A stretch of 64,000 bases of DNA from Octopus vulgaris (lineage: Eukaryota), in the NCBI GenBank assembly GCA_951406725.2, contig OX597816.1, positions 131,936,001-132,000,000 on the forward strand. Reading direction: 5' to 3'. The first letter of the stretch is position 1. Every line of letters starts with the position of its first letter. Shown in pieces: positions 22,184 to 35,758 of the stretch. The notes under the pieces are model-generated. The model searched no databases and had not been told where the DNA came from. It saw only the letters and a program-made list of their open reading frames with translations. The translations under genes were made by a program, and so were the position numbers.

Positions 22184-24095
22184 ATCAAATCAAATCAAAC
22201 CAAATCAAAAATCAAATCAAATCAAACCAAATCAAAATAGATGAACATCAATGGAATTTGTATCTTTGTGGTACCAGTACCGGTGGCACACAAGAAAACC
22301 ATCCGAACGTGGCCGTAGCCAGTACCGCATCGACTGGCCTCTGTGATGTGGGCACATAACAAACACCATCCGATCGTGGCCGTCCGCCAGCCTCATCTGG
22401 CATCTGTGTCGGTGGCACATAAAAACACCAACCGAAGACCCGGCAAGACTAGTCAGGCCATAACCCGTGGCCCCTACTTGGGACGTAGTCAGTCCACCTG
22501 TGCATACCTTCCTTCCTTCTTGTGACACTTGTGAAGACCTGTTGAGGCAAGTGAAAATCAAATCAAATCAAAACAAATCAAAATAGATGAACATCAATGG
22601 AATTTGTATCTTGTGGTACCAGTGCCGGTGGCACACAAGAAAACCATCCGAACGTGGCCGTAGCCAGTACCGCATCGACTGGCCTCCGTGCTGTGGGCAC
22701 GCAATAAACACCATCCGATCGTGGCCGTTCGCCAGCCTCATCTGGCACCTGTGTCGGTGGCACATAAAAACACCATCCAAAGACCCGGCAAGACTAGTCA
22801 GGCCATAACCCGTGGCCCCTACCTGGGACGTAGTCAGTCCACCTGTGCATACCTTCCTTCTTGTGACACTTGTGAAGACCTGTTGAGGCAAGTGAAAATC
22901 AAAGCAAATCAAATCAAAACAAATCAAAATAGATGAACATCAATGGAATTTGTATCTTTGTGGTACCAGTGCCGGTGGCACACAAGAAAATCATCCGAAC
23001 GTGGCCGTAGCCAGTACCGCATCGACTGGCCTCTGTGATGTGGGCACATAACAAACACCATCCGATCGTGGCCGTCCGCCAGCCTCATCTGGCACCTGTG
23101 TCGGTGGCACATAAAAACACCAACCGAAGACCCGGCAAGACTAGTCAGGCCATAACCCATGGCCCCTACTTGGGACGTAGTCAGTCCACCTGTGCATACC
23201 TTCCTTCCTTCTTGTGACACTTGTGAAGACCTGTTGAGGCAAGTGAAAATCAAATCAAATCAAATCAAAATAGATGAACATCAATGGAATTTGTATCTTG
23301 TGGTACCAGTGCCGGTGGCACACAAGAAAACCATCCGAACGTGGCCGTAGCCAGTACCGCATCGACTGGCCTCCGTGCTGTGGGCACGCAACAAACAACA
23401 TCCGATCGTGGCCGTTCGCCAGCCTCATCTGGCACCTGTGTCGGTGGCACATAAAAACACCATCCGAAGACCCGGCAAGACTAGTCAGGCCATAACCCGT
23501 GGCCCCTACCTGGGACGTAGTCAGTCCACCTGTGCATACTTTCCTTCTTGTGACACTTGTGAAGACCTGTTGAGGCAAGTGAAAGTCAAATCAAATCAAA
23601 CCAAATCAAAATAGATGTACATCAATGGAATTTGTATCTTTGTGGTACCAGTGCCGGTGGCACACAAGAAAATCATCCGAACGTGGCCGTAGCCAGTACC
23701 GCATAGACTGGCCTCCGTGCTTTGGGGACGTAACAAACACCATCCGATCGTGGCCGTCCGCCAGCCTCATCTGGCACCTGTGTCGGTGGCACATAAAAAC
23801 ACCATCCGAGCGTGGCCGTCTGCCAGCCTCGTCTGGCACCTGTGTCGGTGGCACATAAAAACACCATCCGAGCGTGGCCGTTCGCCAGCCTCGTCTGGCA
23901 CCTGTGTCGGTGGCACATAAAATCACCCACTACACTCTCGGAGTGGTTGGCATTAGGAAGGGCATCCAGCTGTAGAAACACTGCCAGATCTGACTGGCCT
24001 GGTGCAGCCTTCGGGCTCCCCAGACCCCAGTTGAACCGTCCAACCCATGCTAGCATGGAAAACGGACGCTAAATGATGATGATGATGATGATGAT
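22184..24095 (+). mobile_element. RTE LINE 3'-UTR derivative: four ~345-bp tandem units plus a fifth running into the normal 62-bp repeats and (GAT)n tail
   Basis: The unit anchor TCAAAATAGATGAACATCAATGG recurs at ~22232, 22578, 22924, 23265 and 23605. The element ends ...GGACGCTAAA(TGA)n. Confidence 0.88.
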
Positions 24096-24122
24096 ATACA
24101 TATATATATATATGTATATGTG

Positions 24123-24153
<31 letters not shown>

Positions 24154-24190
24154 GTATATATATGTATATATATATATATATAAATATATA

Positions 24191-26301
24191 CCAATCACAA
24201 ACGTCTTTAGGTAGATGGCCCTGCTCGATCTGTAGAAAAGGTGTAGGTAGAAACTCTATAAGATGCACCAAGTGTAAGCTATGGACACATAAGAGGTGCA
24301 GCAATGTCAAAGGAAGGCTAACTAGGAAGATGGTTTTTGTATGTGGCAGATGCTCAGGAACAATTAACACTGAAAATGCTCTGAGACCAACTTCCGTCAC
24401 TTTCCAGGGAGAAAAGCTAGAAGTAGTTGATAGTTTCTGTTACCTAGGTGACCAAGTCAGTAGCGGGGGCGGGTGCGCTGAAAGTATAACTGCTAGAGTA
24501 AGAATAGCCTGGGCAAAGTTTAGAGAGCTCTTACCCCTGCTGGTGACAAAAGGCCTCTCGCTCAAAGTAAAAGGCAGACTGTATGATGCATGTGTACGTA
24601 CAGCCATGCTACATGGTAGTGAAACTTGGGCTGTGACTGCTGAGGATTTGCGTAAGCTCGCAAGAAATGAAGCTAGTATGCTCCGATGGATGTGTAACGT
24701 CAGTGTTCATAATCGACAGAGTGTAAGTACCTTGAGAGAAAAGTTGAACCTAAGAAGCATCAGTTGTTGTGTGCAAGAGAGACATATGCGCTGGTATGGT
24801 CATGTGATGAGAATGGCTGAAGATAGTTGTGTGCGAAAGTGCCACACCTTGGCAGTTGAGGGGACCTGTGGAAGAGGTAGACCCAGGAAAACCTGGGTCG
24901 AGGCGGTGAAGCACGACCTTCGAACTTTAGGTCTCACCATGGAAGTGACCAGTGACCGAGACCTTTGGAAGTATGCTGTGCGTGAGAAAACCCGGCAAGA
25001 CCAGTGAGAACAGTCAAAATCAAAATCAAACCAAATTGAGGTCGATCAACATCAGGACCCCCGTGCAGGTGACGCGTAAAAGCACCATCCGTTCGTAGCT
25101 GTTTGCCAGCCCTGTCTGGCCCCCGTGCCGGTGGCACGTAAAAGCACCATCTGTTTGTGTTCGTTGCCAGCTTGGCCTGGCCCCCGTGACAGTGACACGT
25201 AAAAGCACCATCCATTTGTGGCCGTTTGCCAGCTCTGTCTGGCCCCCGTGCCGGTGACACGTAAAAGCACCATCCGTTCGTGGCTGTTTGCCAGCCCTGT
25301 CTGGCCCCCATGTCGGTGACATGTAAAAGCACCATCCGTTCGTGCCCGTTGCCAGCCTCGCCTGGCCCCCGTGCCGGTGACACGTAAAAGCACCATCCGT
25401 TCGTGGCCGTTTGCCAGCCCTGTCTGGCCCCCGTTTCGGTGGCACGTAAAAGCACCATCCGTTCATGTCGGTGGCACGTAAAAGCACCATCTGTTCGTGT
25501 CCGTTGCCAGCCTCGCCTGGCCCCGTGCCGGTGACACGTAAAAGCACCATCTGTTTGTGGCAGTTTGCCAGCTCTGCCTGGCCCCCGTGCCGGTGACACG
25601 TAAAAGCACCATCCGTTCGTGGCCGTTTGCCAGCCCTGTCTGGCCCCCATGTCGGTGACATGTAAAAGCACCATCCGTTCATGGCTGTTTGCCAGCCCTG
25701 TCTGGCCCCCATGTCGGTGACATGTAAAAGCACCATCCGTTCGTGCCCGTTGCCAGCCTCGCCTGGCCCCCGTGCCGGTGACACGTAAAAGCACCATCCG
25801 TTCGTGGCCGTTTGCCAGCCCTGTCTGGCCCCCGTGTCGGTGGCACGTAAAAGCACCATCCGTTCATGTCGGTGGCACGTAAAAGCACCATCCGTTCGTG
25901 TCCGTTGCCAGCCTCGCCTGGCCCACGTGCCGGTGACACGTAAAAGCACCATCCGTTTTGTGGCCGTTTGCCAGCTCTGTCTGGCCCCCGTGTTGGTGGC
26001 ACGTAAAAGCACCATCTGTTCGTGTCCGTTGCCAGCCTCGCCTGGCCCCGTGCCGGTGACACGTAAAAGCACCATCCGTTTGTGGCCATTTGCCAGCTCT
26101 GTCTGGCACCTGTGCGGGTGGCACGTAAAAAGCACCCACTACACTCACGGAGTGGTTGGCATTAGGAAGGGCATCCAGCCGTAGAAACACTGCCAGATCT
26201 GACTGGGCCTGATGAAGCCTTCCAGCTTCACAGACCCCAGTTGAACCGTCCAACCCATGCTAGCATGGAGAACGGACGCTAAATGATGATGATGATGATG
26301 A
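24191..26301 (+). mobile_element. 5'-truncated RTE LINE (ORF C-terminus 24191-25007, expanded 3'-UTR array, (GAT)n tail)
   Basis: Peptide is nearly identical to the C-terminus of ORF 38806..40734. Shared tail GGTTGGCATTAGGAAGGGCATCCAGCCGTAGAAA. Confidence 0.9.
25060..26135 (+). repeat. GC-rich ~61-bp minisatellite within the LINE 3' UTR (~17-19 units, two shortened)
   Basis: Repeating GTGACACGTAAAAGCACCATCCGTTCGTGGCCGTTTGCCAGCCCTGTCTGGCCCCCGTGCCG. Confidence 0.92.
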
Positions 26302-26451
26302 TACATTCATAAATGAGGGTGAAAAATTAGATATTAATACCAAGTGGCCTAGCACATAAAAAACCAGGGAGACAATACAAATTTATACGTAAATATAAGA
26401 GAGTTACCATTAATTGGTTAACTCTAGTGCCATATATATATATATATATAT

Positions 26452-26650
26452 CGTGAAGACTACCTGCAATTTTTTTTTTTTCCTCTGTCCTCCTGTCTCG
26501 GGATCTTTCTTTCTCCTATGTTTCCGACGAAGAGCTCCGCTCGAAACGTCATACCCTCCTTCTTCCATTTTCCTGAGCGCCTAATAATAATAATACTGTA
26601 ATTGTTCCACGTGTTGTTGTTTTTTCTGTTTTCCCCGTTTGGATTAACCT
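26452..26650 (+). mobile_element. HHR-like family B, copy 3
   Basis: TTT-CCGACGA-a-GAGC(tcc)GCTC-GAAA-CG-TC at ~26521-26550; flanked by (TA)n. Confidence 0.65.
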
Positions 26651-26999
26651 TATATATATGTATATATATATGACTTACAGGTGGAGATATGCAAATTTAC
26701 TTATTCCTACAGGTTTGACAAATGTAATAGGTTCTCTATATAACTCATGAATGGGGGAGAGAGAAAAAGAGGTGAGAGTGGAAAGACAAAGAGAAAGATA
26801 GAGTAAAGATGAATAAGTCTATCTATAATGAATCTATAATGAATATTGCTGTGATTTCAAAAACTGACTAACCTAGTCCTCCACATGCAGAAATGCAGTC
26901 ATCAATAAATCAACAAATATATATAAAAATATATAATATAATAAAGAATAGAAGAAATGAAAAGAGGAAGTGGGTAACAAAGGAGGAAAAGGGATGTTA

Positions 27000-28072
27000 T
27001 GTGTATGTGTGTGTTTATGTGTGTGTGTGTTTGTGTGTGCGCATGAGGGTGTGGTTGTGTGTGGTAAAAGAAGAGTAACTGAGGTGGAGGTCTGGGGGTG
27101 AGGGTGGAATGCTGTAAAGAATGAGAAAAAGAAAATATGAGAACAATATGCAAGTCAGGATGTGTTTGTGGAAAGTAAGTGAAACAGTAAGAAAAGAGAG
27201 GATATGGAGTGCGAGGTGGTAAATGTGAATAATAGAAGGACAAGGAGAAGGAGGTGGAGAAAGAAGAAGGGGGAGAAAAAGATAAAGGAGGAGGAGGAGG
27301 AAGCAGAAGAGAAGGAGGAGGAGGAAGCAGAGGAGGAGGAAGGAGGAAGGGGAGGGGAGGAGGGAAAAGAAGAGGTGGTGTCTGGTGGTGGTGCTGGTGC
27401 TGGTGGTAATAATAGTTGGAGTAGAAGGTGGAGTTGGAGGAAGAGGAGGAGGCAGAAGTGGTGGTGGGTGGTAGTAGTAGTAGTAGTAGTAGTAGCAGCA
27501 GCAGCAGCAGTAGGAACAAAGGAAAAAGGAAGAAAGGAAAGGTAAGGAAAAGAAAATGAATAATACAGTATTAAGAAATAAAAACAGATATATAAGAAAT
27601 GATGTATTATAGAGCAAAAGCAGGGTGGTGTTCTCTTTAGAGTGGGGAGACACAGAAGAACACCCACCCTAGGGGCTCTACTTGCCATGCCATCTCCCCC
27701 CCACACACACACACTCACAACCCCCCATCCCCCACCCATTACCTTTCCCCTACCAGGAGTGAATGAGTGTGCAAGAGCAGGGGCAGGAGCATGAGCAGTG
27801 TTACTTGGTTGCACTTGTGTGACTAAAATGCTAAATGTTAGTAGGGCTGAATGTGAAACCTTCTGAGTACTTTCTGGAGAAAGAAAGGAAGGAAGAAAGA
27901 GCAGCAACAGACAGGACAGTAGGAGTGTGACTTCACATCTCTGAATGTGGTCCACTGGTGGTGGTGGTGGTGGTGAGAGTGGTGGTGGTGATGGTGGTAG
28001 GAGTATTGGTGGAGGTGGTGGTAGTGAGAGCGGGTAGATGGTGTGTATCTCTTAGGAAATGATTTCTGTTAT

Positions 28073-28118
<46 letters not shown>

Positions 28119-28432
28119 ATTATATGTTGCACAGGTGAAGTATAATAAGCATGTAACAGAGTGAGAGAGAGAAGGGATGGGGGGAAGGAGAAATGGCAAG
28201 AGAGAGAAAGTTTAGTGAGAGAGAGAGGGAGGGAGAGAGGAAGAGAGAAAATGAAAAAGACATAGACAGACAGAGAGCAAACAAAAGAGAGGATGAGAGA
28301 GAGCTAGTCAAAGAGAAGCAGAAAGAGAGTGAGAGAGAGAGAGAGAGAATGAGAGCCATAAACAGTGAGAGTAAGCAAGAGAGAGGATGAGAGAGCTAGA
28401 CAAAGAGAGAGAGAGAATGTGATAGAGGGAAG

Positions 28433-28470
<38 letters not shown>

Positions 28471-28720
28471 TTAGATAAATGGATAGATAAATAGACAGAC
28501 AGAGAGAGACAGAGAAAGTGAGAAAGGAAAGAGAGAGAAAGAATATTTTTAATGGAAGGAAAAGGAAATGGATGAGAGAGTGGGGTGGAGGTGCATGGAT
28601 AAGGAAAGTGGAAGATGCTGATGAAAATCTCCTCTTCCCCACCAATGAGAAGAAGAAGAGATGCTGTGGAAGAGTATGATGGTAGTGGTGATGGTGGTAG
28701 TGGTGGAGGGAAGATAGTGT
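27000..28720. repeat. Purine-rich low-complexity region ((GAG)n, (GGT)n, (GA)n, (GATA)n)
   Basis: Direct reading; the overlapping ORFs are homopolymeric peptides. Confidence 0.85.
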
Positions 28721-29387
28721 TAATGAAATATGGACAGGTACGAGGGGATGAGAGGCAGAAAGTTCATCAAATAGAAATTTTATTTTTAAACAGATGAAAA
28801 ATAAAATAGAAATTGCCAAAATTAAAAAAAAAAAGAATTGACAAAGTAAAGATGAAAAAATAGATAAGCAACTGTTGTAAAAATTGGAAAAAGGAAACCA
28901 CAAGGAATATATGCAATAAAGAGATAATTCAGCTAAACTGAGATTATTGCAGAGTAAAGTGTATGGGAATCAAAAATATCCAACAGCAAGCAACTTATTA
29001 ACTGGTTACACTACAAGTCAACAAGGAAGCCTCAATGTGGTTAATCAATATACTAGAAATAGCAACCATATCTCCCTTAAATCATACCATACAGTTTTTA
29101 GAAAGGGAAGGACACTGGATTATGTAGTCCTAGATATCATGTCTGAATATAAGAAGAGATTTGCTTGATAAAGGCCAACCTAGGGTTAAACAATTTAACT
29201 ACATTATTAGCCAATGAGAAAGCTTCTGTCATCAACTGGTTTGCTAGAAATAGCAGCTAAATCTTCCTAAAAGCACTCCTTACTATCTTTATAAAAGAGA
29301 AGGACCCATTGAACAATGTAGTTCTAGATATACTACATCTGAAAATAAGATAAAAGTTCTGCTTCCCAACAATATGGTCAGAGGTTT

Positions 29388-29807
29388 AAGGCAGCGAGCT
29401 GGTGGAAACGTTAACACGCTGGGCAATTTGCTTAGTGGTATTTCGTCTGCCACTACATTCTGAGTTCAAATTCCGCTGAGGTCGACTTTGCCTTTCATCC
29501 TTCCGGGGTTGATTAAATAAGTACCAGTTATGCACTGGGGTCGATATAATCGACTTAATCCGTTTGTCTGTCCTTGCTTGTCCTCTCTGTGTTTAGCCCC
29601 TTGTGGGTAGTAAAGAAATAGAAATAGGTATTTCGTCTGTCTTTACATTCTAAGTTCAAATTCTGCCGAGGTCGACTTAACCTTTCATCCTTTCGAGGTT
29701 GATTAAATAAGTACCAGTTATGCACTGGGTTGATGTAATCGAATTAATCCCTTTGTCTGTCCTTGTTTTTCCCCCCTGTGTTTAGCTCCCTGTGAGCAAT
29801 AAAGAAA
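29388..29807 (+). mobile_element. SINE with a Meta-domain-like core and partial tandem duplication
   Basis: CTGAGTTCAAATTCC (B-box-like) followed by GACTTTGCCTTTCATCCTTCCGGGGTTGATTAAATAAGTACC. Segment ~29438-29620 is repeated at ~29628-29807. Diverged copies near 14680 and 42460. Confidence 0.65.
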
Positions 29808-31082
29808 TGTATATCCATGAACTTACCATCTTATACAACTGAAGTAGAAAAACTATTCCATTTACTTTTATCCCTATTTTCTCGTACTTGCAAAGGTGGG
29901 GCACTTTTCTTATTTTGGGACAAATGTTATTTACAGCTATCACTAACCATTACAGCAGTCAACTTGAGAGAGTGAAACTTCTATTTAAGTAAGTTGGGCC
30001 AACTGAGTGAAGCAGAGTAACATGTTGCTGGATAACACAGAGCGTGGATGAAGTATGGACAATTGTTTAAGAAGTTAGCTTTGTGATCACAAGGTTCTGG
30101 TTTCAATCCCACTGCGTGGCACGTTGGGCAGTGTATTTTACCATTATCTTGGGTTGGCCAAGCCTTATGAGGGAAAATGGAAATGGTGCATCAACCAATC
30201 AGATAGATCATACCTGTAATTCAAAGTTAAAGCCTCATCACACATTGTGTAATGCTGATACTACCTGAAGATTGCATTAATGGCACACATGACAGTGGAA
30301 TGGTCAGCCACTTACTTGCTAATTCAATGAGTAAGTAATTCAGTTGATTGATCAATTGAATCCTCATTATCAAAACTAGTAGAGATCCACTTACTTTTAC
30401 TGTAACCCTGGGCTTATTCTAATTGAACAGATCTATGGAATGAAAGTTGTTAGTTGAATAGACTATATGCAACTCAGATCTTTAGTGATGAGCCATGTAA
30501 TATTCATTGGCAGTTCACAATATTAGGTTGGTTGTGTGTGAAGACAATGACCACACTAAAATCTTCAAATATTTAATCAACCCACATCATATTTACAATT
30601 GTACATCCAATAGATTACAGGTACAATGTTCAACAAACATAACAGTTGGCATTCTTCTGTAATACAACTGGTTACTTAATATTATGGAAGTGGTGTAAGA
30701 AATTTAAATTACTGCATATAATTAATGTGCATTTCTCCACACTACAAGGTAAGGCATGTGTGTTTCCCTTTCGATACCAACCTGTTTGAGGCTACTCCTC
30801 ATTCTATTATACAAACACATTCTTGGTGACATGTAAAAGCATCCAGGCCAGCGACATGTAAAAGGCACTCACTACACTCTTGGAGTGGTTGGCATTAGGA
30901 AGAGTATCCAGCCATAGAAACCAAAATCAGATTGGAACTTGGTGCCACTCTCTGGCTTACCAGTTCCAGTCAAACCATCTAACCCAGTGGTTCCCAACAG
31001 TGATTTCTAACCCTTTTATTTAAATAAGATTCCCATGGATCCCTTTTAATATGCATATCCTTATGTATATGTATGTGTATAT

Positions 31083-31169
<87 letters not shown>

Positions 31170-31171
<2 letters not shown>

Positions 31172-32420
31172 TACCTTTGTAGACCACCAGGGTCTGGTAT
31201 GCGAGGAATGAAGACGGTGTCACCTTTACCACAGCCAATGAGAATATTTGCTTCATTGCAGTTCCTCATAAGGTTGTGCACAATTAATCTCATACATCGC
31301 ATTATTTGGGTTGAGACAAATTATGCAATAGCATAATAGGAGTCCCTTTTTTCAGCTGAAGACAATGAGGAGCTGTACCAGGTGGTTCTAGTAAATTAAA
31401 AAATTCGATGGGTAGTTAACATTATCCTGATCATCAACAACACTGTCAATTGAGTTATAAGTGAATGTTTCTCCTGGAAGCTTATTCAATAGCATATTAT
31501 TAATGCTATGTACTGCAACATTTTTTGGAGCGAGGATAGCTCACTCCCAAATCCAATCTGCATTGTGGTAATTATGAATAAAATTAGAAAAGATTTCATC
31601 CACCGAATCATCGATGGAATGAGTTGAATTACATATTGGATTGAATGTAAGAAACTGTTCTTCATCAATTGGAAGTCTCCATTCACCGAGTTTCAAAAGC
31701 TACTCTGCAAATAGTTCAGCTGATTGATGTCTTAAAGGCCTTGATCTTGTATTTGTTCAATGTTGAAGTGTTTTCACATGATGCCATAATACAGAAGACT
31801 TTATTGAAGCATTGAGGTCATCCACTTTATCCAAGTTATTCTTGGTAGTGTTTGTCAGAAGTCTCCTGACAATAATATTATATAATTGCCATTATGGAAT
31901 TGCTACTTCTACTGTCTCATAATGTTCTGTCAACAGCTTCAAAAGCATTTTTGTGGGCCATGGTACATTTGTCCCAGACAATTAAGTAACATCTTTGTAT
32001 TAGTTCACCCATTGCAGAATTTTTAGATATATTACAAACCGGATCTTGTTTGTAAGATGAATCTAAAAGTAATTTGAATGTTGATTGGGCAGTCCAACCT
32101 CTGGGTAGTAATGTTGCTGCAATCCCAAAAGTAGCAGTAGTTAAAGCTATTTTATTTTCTTGACGAACTTTAGCCAGGAGGAGTTTAATTACAAATGTCT
32201 TCCCAGTACTTCCTGGAACATCTAAGAGATAAAGCCCTCCTGTGTTATTGTTTATACTTTCTATGACAGTGGAATATGCATGACGTTCTCAGGCAGAAGC
32301 TTGGGAAGATTATCATTTATGTACATGGTCAGTTCATCCTTATCATAGCAAATTTCTCTTGTTATTTCAATAGAGAAAGAAAGAGAGGGAAAACAGACAG
32401 ATAGAGAAGAAAGAAAACCA
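31170..32420 (-). mobile_element. Helitron Pif1-like helicase remnant
   Basis: Minus strand reads LDVPGSTGKTFVIKLLLAKVRQENKIALTTATFGIAATLL (Walker A and the following Pif1 motif), with multiple stops and frameshifts. Confidence 0.85.
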
Positions 32421-32694
32421 TAGAGATGGTGTCTGGTTTTAGTTTCACTTTGTGGGACAAACAAAGAGACAGAATCTCTTTGAAGTAGCATGGCAGAGAG
32501 ACAGACAAGCAGACAGACAGAGAATATAGAGGGAGAGAGAGAATAAAGGAGACATAGAAAGAAAATCATAGAGAGATGGTGCCTGGCTTTAGTTTCACTT
32601 TGTGGGACAAACAGACGAACAGACAGAATCTTTTTTATATATATAGACTTGTGAGACAAACAAACAAACAAACAGAATCTCTCTTATATATATA

Positions 32695-32979
32695 TCTTTA
32701 TATATAAAAGTGAAGTTGTGTGTTTGTCTCCTACGATTTAGATTCCTAACTACTCCCACATTTTGCGGTGCAGTTTAACCAAAACCAGGTATCTTATAGT
32801 CGAGCCCTTCTGGGTATTAGCGCACGTCTACGATGAGTCTATGATTTAAAAAATAATTTACCATCATTTTTTTCCCATTTCTAATGCATTTTTTTGCTAT
32901 TTTTTGGCTATAACTCTCTAAAAATGCTTATATAGTTATTTCCCTTACAAACCCGAGCAACGCCGGGCGATACTGCTAG
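32695..32979 (+). mobile_element. Non-autonomous Helitron
   Basis: 5' TC; 3' hairpin CCCGAGCAACGCCGGG followed by CTAG|T. Related copies at ~50025-50515 and ~53870-54247. Confidence 0.8.
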
Positions 32980-33174
32980 TATAGATATAAGATATAAGTA
33001 AGAATCAAATTTAAGCAAATCAAATTCACATATACATTTATATTTATTCAGCCTTGGACCCAACATGCATGAAGTTGTCTGAAAATATATTCAATACATC
33101 AAACATATTAAAAATATGTAGATATATAAAAATATATAGAGTAATTAATATATTAAAAATATATTATTTTAAAA

Positions 33175-33561
33175 GCTGGCCTCCGTGCTGATGGCATGTA
33201 AAAAACACCATTCTAGCGTGATTGTTACCTGTGTTGCCTTACTGGCACTTGTGCTGGTGGCACATGAAAAAACATTTGTGTGAGGTCGTTGCCAGTGTCG
33301 CTGGACTGACTCCTGTGCAGGTGGCACATAAAAAGCACCATTTGAGCGTGGCCATTGCTAGTACCGCCTGACTGGCCCTCATGCCAATGGCACATAAAAG
33401 CACCCACTCGGAGTGGTTGGCGTTAGGAAGGGCATCCAGCTGTAGAGACTCTGCCAGATCAGATTGGAGTCTGGTGCAGCCATCTCGTTTGCCAGACCTC
33501 AGTCAAATCATCCAACCCATGCTAACATGGAAAGCGGACGTTAAATGATGATGATGATGAT
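33175..33561 (+). mobile_element. Older RTE LINE 3'-UTR/tail fragment
   Basis: Diverged 62-bp units, GGTTGGCGTTAGGAAGGGCATCCAGC, and a (GAT)n tail. Confidence 0.8.
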
Positions 33562-33946
33562 TTCATTAAATGTATATGTGAATTTGATTTGTCTAAATTT
33601 GATTCTTACTTCTACATTATTCTAACGCCTCAGGTTTGAATATTTGGAGCACTTCAAAGTGAAGTCTATGCATCAGAGAAAATACTTTTCCTTATAATCA
33701 TATATATAAATATATATATGCATATATACAGCTACCATTGAATGGTTGGCCTGTGATACTCCTGATTTCATCCATCCTTTGACAGGTTTCATTTTCTCAT
33801 ACATCAAGATATCTTAAAATTCCACCCAGCCTTTTCCCTAGCACTGATGAGTCAACCATGCACAGGCTGTACCAGCTCACATGATTACTTGTTGCAAGTT
33901 TCTGGTTATCAAATTCTAAACACAAAAGCACACAGACCACACACAC

Positions 33947-34033
<87 letters not shown>

Positions 34034-35758
34034 CATACATCCATGAATTTTTATGGATATAATTATGAAGGATTTTTTTAAGTTCATTTGTCTTCGTGCA
34101 TGTCGCATAAAGCAATTATGGAGTCAGTTTGTCATATAGAATGTTATACAATATGTAACATTTTCAGCACAGCTTGCTTCAGTGACTTTTAAGGACCTTT
34201 TTTTTTCTGGTATGATCCCTGCCCAATTGGCATTTCACTAACCCTTATCTTTAATTAGCAGTTGGGTTTAGTAATCAGAGACTGTTATTTGTCTGGTTGT
34301 CTTACTTATTGACTTAAATGGATTATAGATTAGAATAACACAATCTAATTAGTTAATTTGGCATTAGTGCAATGCCATTAGATCACTAATCAGTAGATCT
34401 ACCACAGTGGTGCAATTAAACTGACTGCCAAGTTTGATTGACCCTTTCCTCTCTGAATTTTTTGAAATCCATAACTGTAGATTGTATCTCAATGTTACTT
34501 GTGTCTAAGTTTTATGTTAATCCTGATCCAGCTGAACTATAATGGAAAATGATTCAGCAAACTTATGATCAAAGGGTTCCACCCATGGCCATTCCATTTT
34601 TTGATCAGATATAATATATCTAGGACTATATTATTCAATGTTTCATTTCATGTTGTAGAAAGTAGGATGTGGTATGAGGATGATTTTTGCTGCTGTATCT
34701 AGAAAATTGAGTGACCACTCACAAGTTTCATATCTCAGCTGTAATTTTCATTGGTGGACCTCTGAGTTAATACTTGCTAGCAAACCAAAACTGTGATCAT
34801 CACTCAGTCTATGATCCTCGGAGACAATTATTCGCCTTGACTAGGAGAAATACTTGACACTCCTCATTTGCAGGGCCTTGTTCTTTTCTCATACAGATAT
34901 GTTGTTTTCATTAGGATCCTCAATCCAATCACCTGACTTGCTAGAAATAGGAGCCAATTCTTCAAATTTCATTCAACCACCTTAAAAATGGGTGAATATA
35001 CAGGTTACAGATAAGATAGGTTACTGTCATTGTGTAATGATCCCAAGTCATATCTGAGCCAAGAGACCTATGATCATAGCTAATCCAACCATGGCTATCT
35101 AAAATTTTTCTTCCTTTTTTTTCAAACATAGTGTATCTATATCTGGAAATATAAAAGACTTGTATTTTAGTGGCGAGCCACTAAAATAACATCTGACTTT
35201 TTATAACAGCAGTTGTATAACTTGTAATGAAATAATCGACACTGTTCAGAATGCTTAATAGAACAATAATAATTTATTATAAGAGGATGTGATGATAGCA
35301 TTAAATCAAGGTTTGCATGCCAGTATGCAGGGTATAGCATTCAGAGATATGGTATAACAGTGTCCTGAGTGAACAGAAGAAAAGTTCGAGCTTCTTGTAA
35401 TAGGGTCACAAATCCAGAAAAAGGTGTATACAGCATATTAAACATGTAACACTTACTGTTATTGTCTGTTGTAAAATGTGAAGCCTTGTGAGTGGATTTG
35501 GTAAACGGAAACTGAAAGAAGCCCGTCGTATATATGTATATATATGTGTGTGTATATGTTTGTGTGTCTGTGTTTGTCCCCCCAACACCACTTGACAACC
35601 GATGCTGGTGTGTTTACATCCGATAGGATAAGTACTAGGCTCGACTAAAGTCGGTGCTCCAGTATATATATATATAAATTTTAGGGTAGCAAAAAATTCT
35701 CCGCTACCAGCGGTCAAGTGAGAAAGAAGAAATAGTCAATAGACTATGTAATATACAT

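Noticed and set aside
22808-22845. HDV-like ribozyme in the RTE post-stop segment (GTGG...CTAC...GTAG...CCAC)
   Set aside because: A hairpin is plausible, but I could not assemble the nested double pseudoknot by eye; it needs a descriptor search.
25060-26135. CRISPR-like appearance of the regularly spaced CACGTAAAAGCACCATC motif
   Set aside because: The intervening sequences are near-identical rather than unique spacers, no cas genes are present, and the array is part of a eukaryotic LINE 3' UTR.
26200-26245. CTGATGA in the RTE tail (also ~59446) as a hammerhead core
   Set aside because: No correctly placed GAAA, stem III or closing stem I, and other subfamily copies read CTGGTGCA here.
24934-26253. 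Long ORFs of 287-369 aa (also 37414..38337)
   Set aside because: These are stop-free readings of the GC-rich tandem repeat, open in several frames, with no domain signal.
26902-28903. ORFs of 200-266 aa rich in Pro/Ser/Leu/Glu
   Set aside because: Translations of purine-rich simple repeats; no splice or homology evidence.
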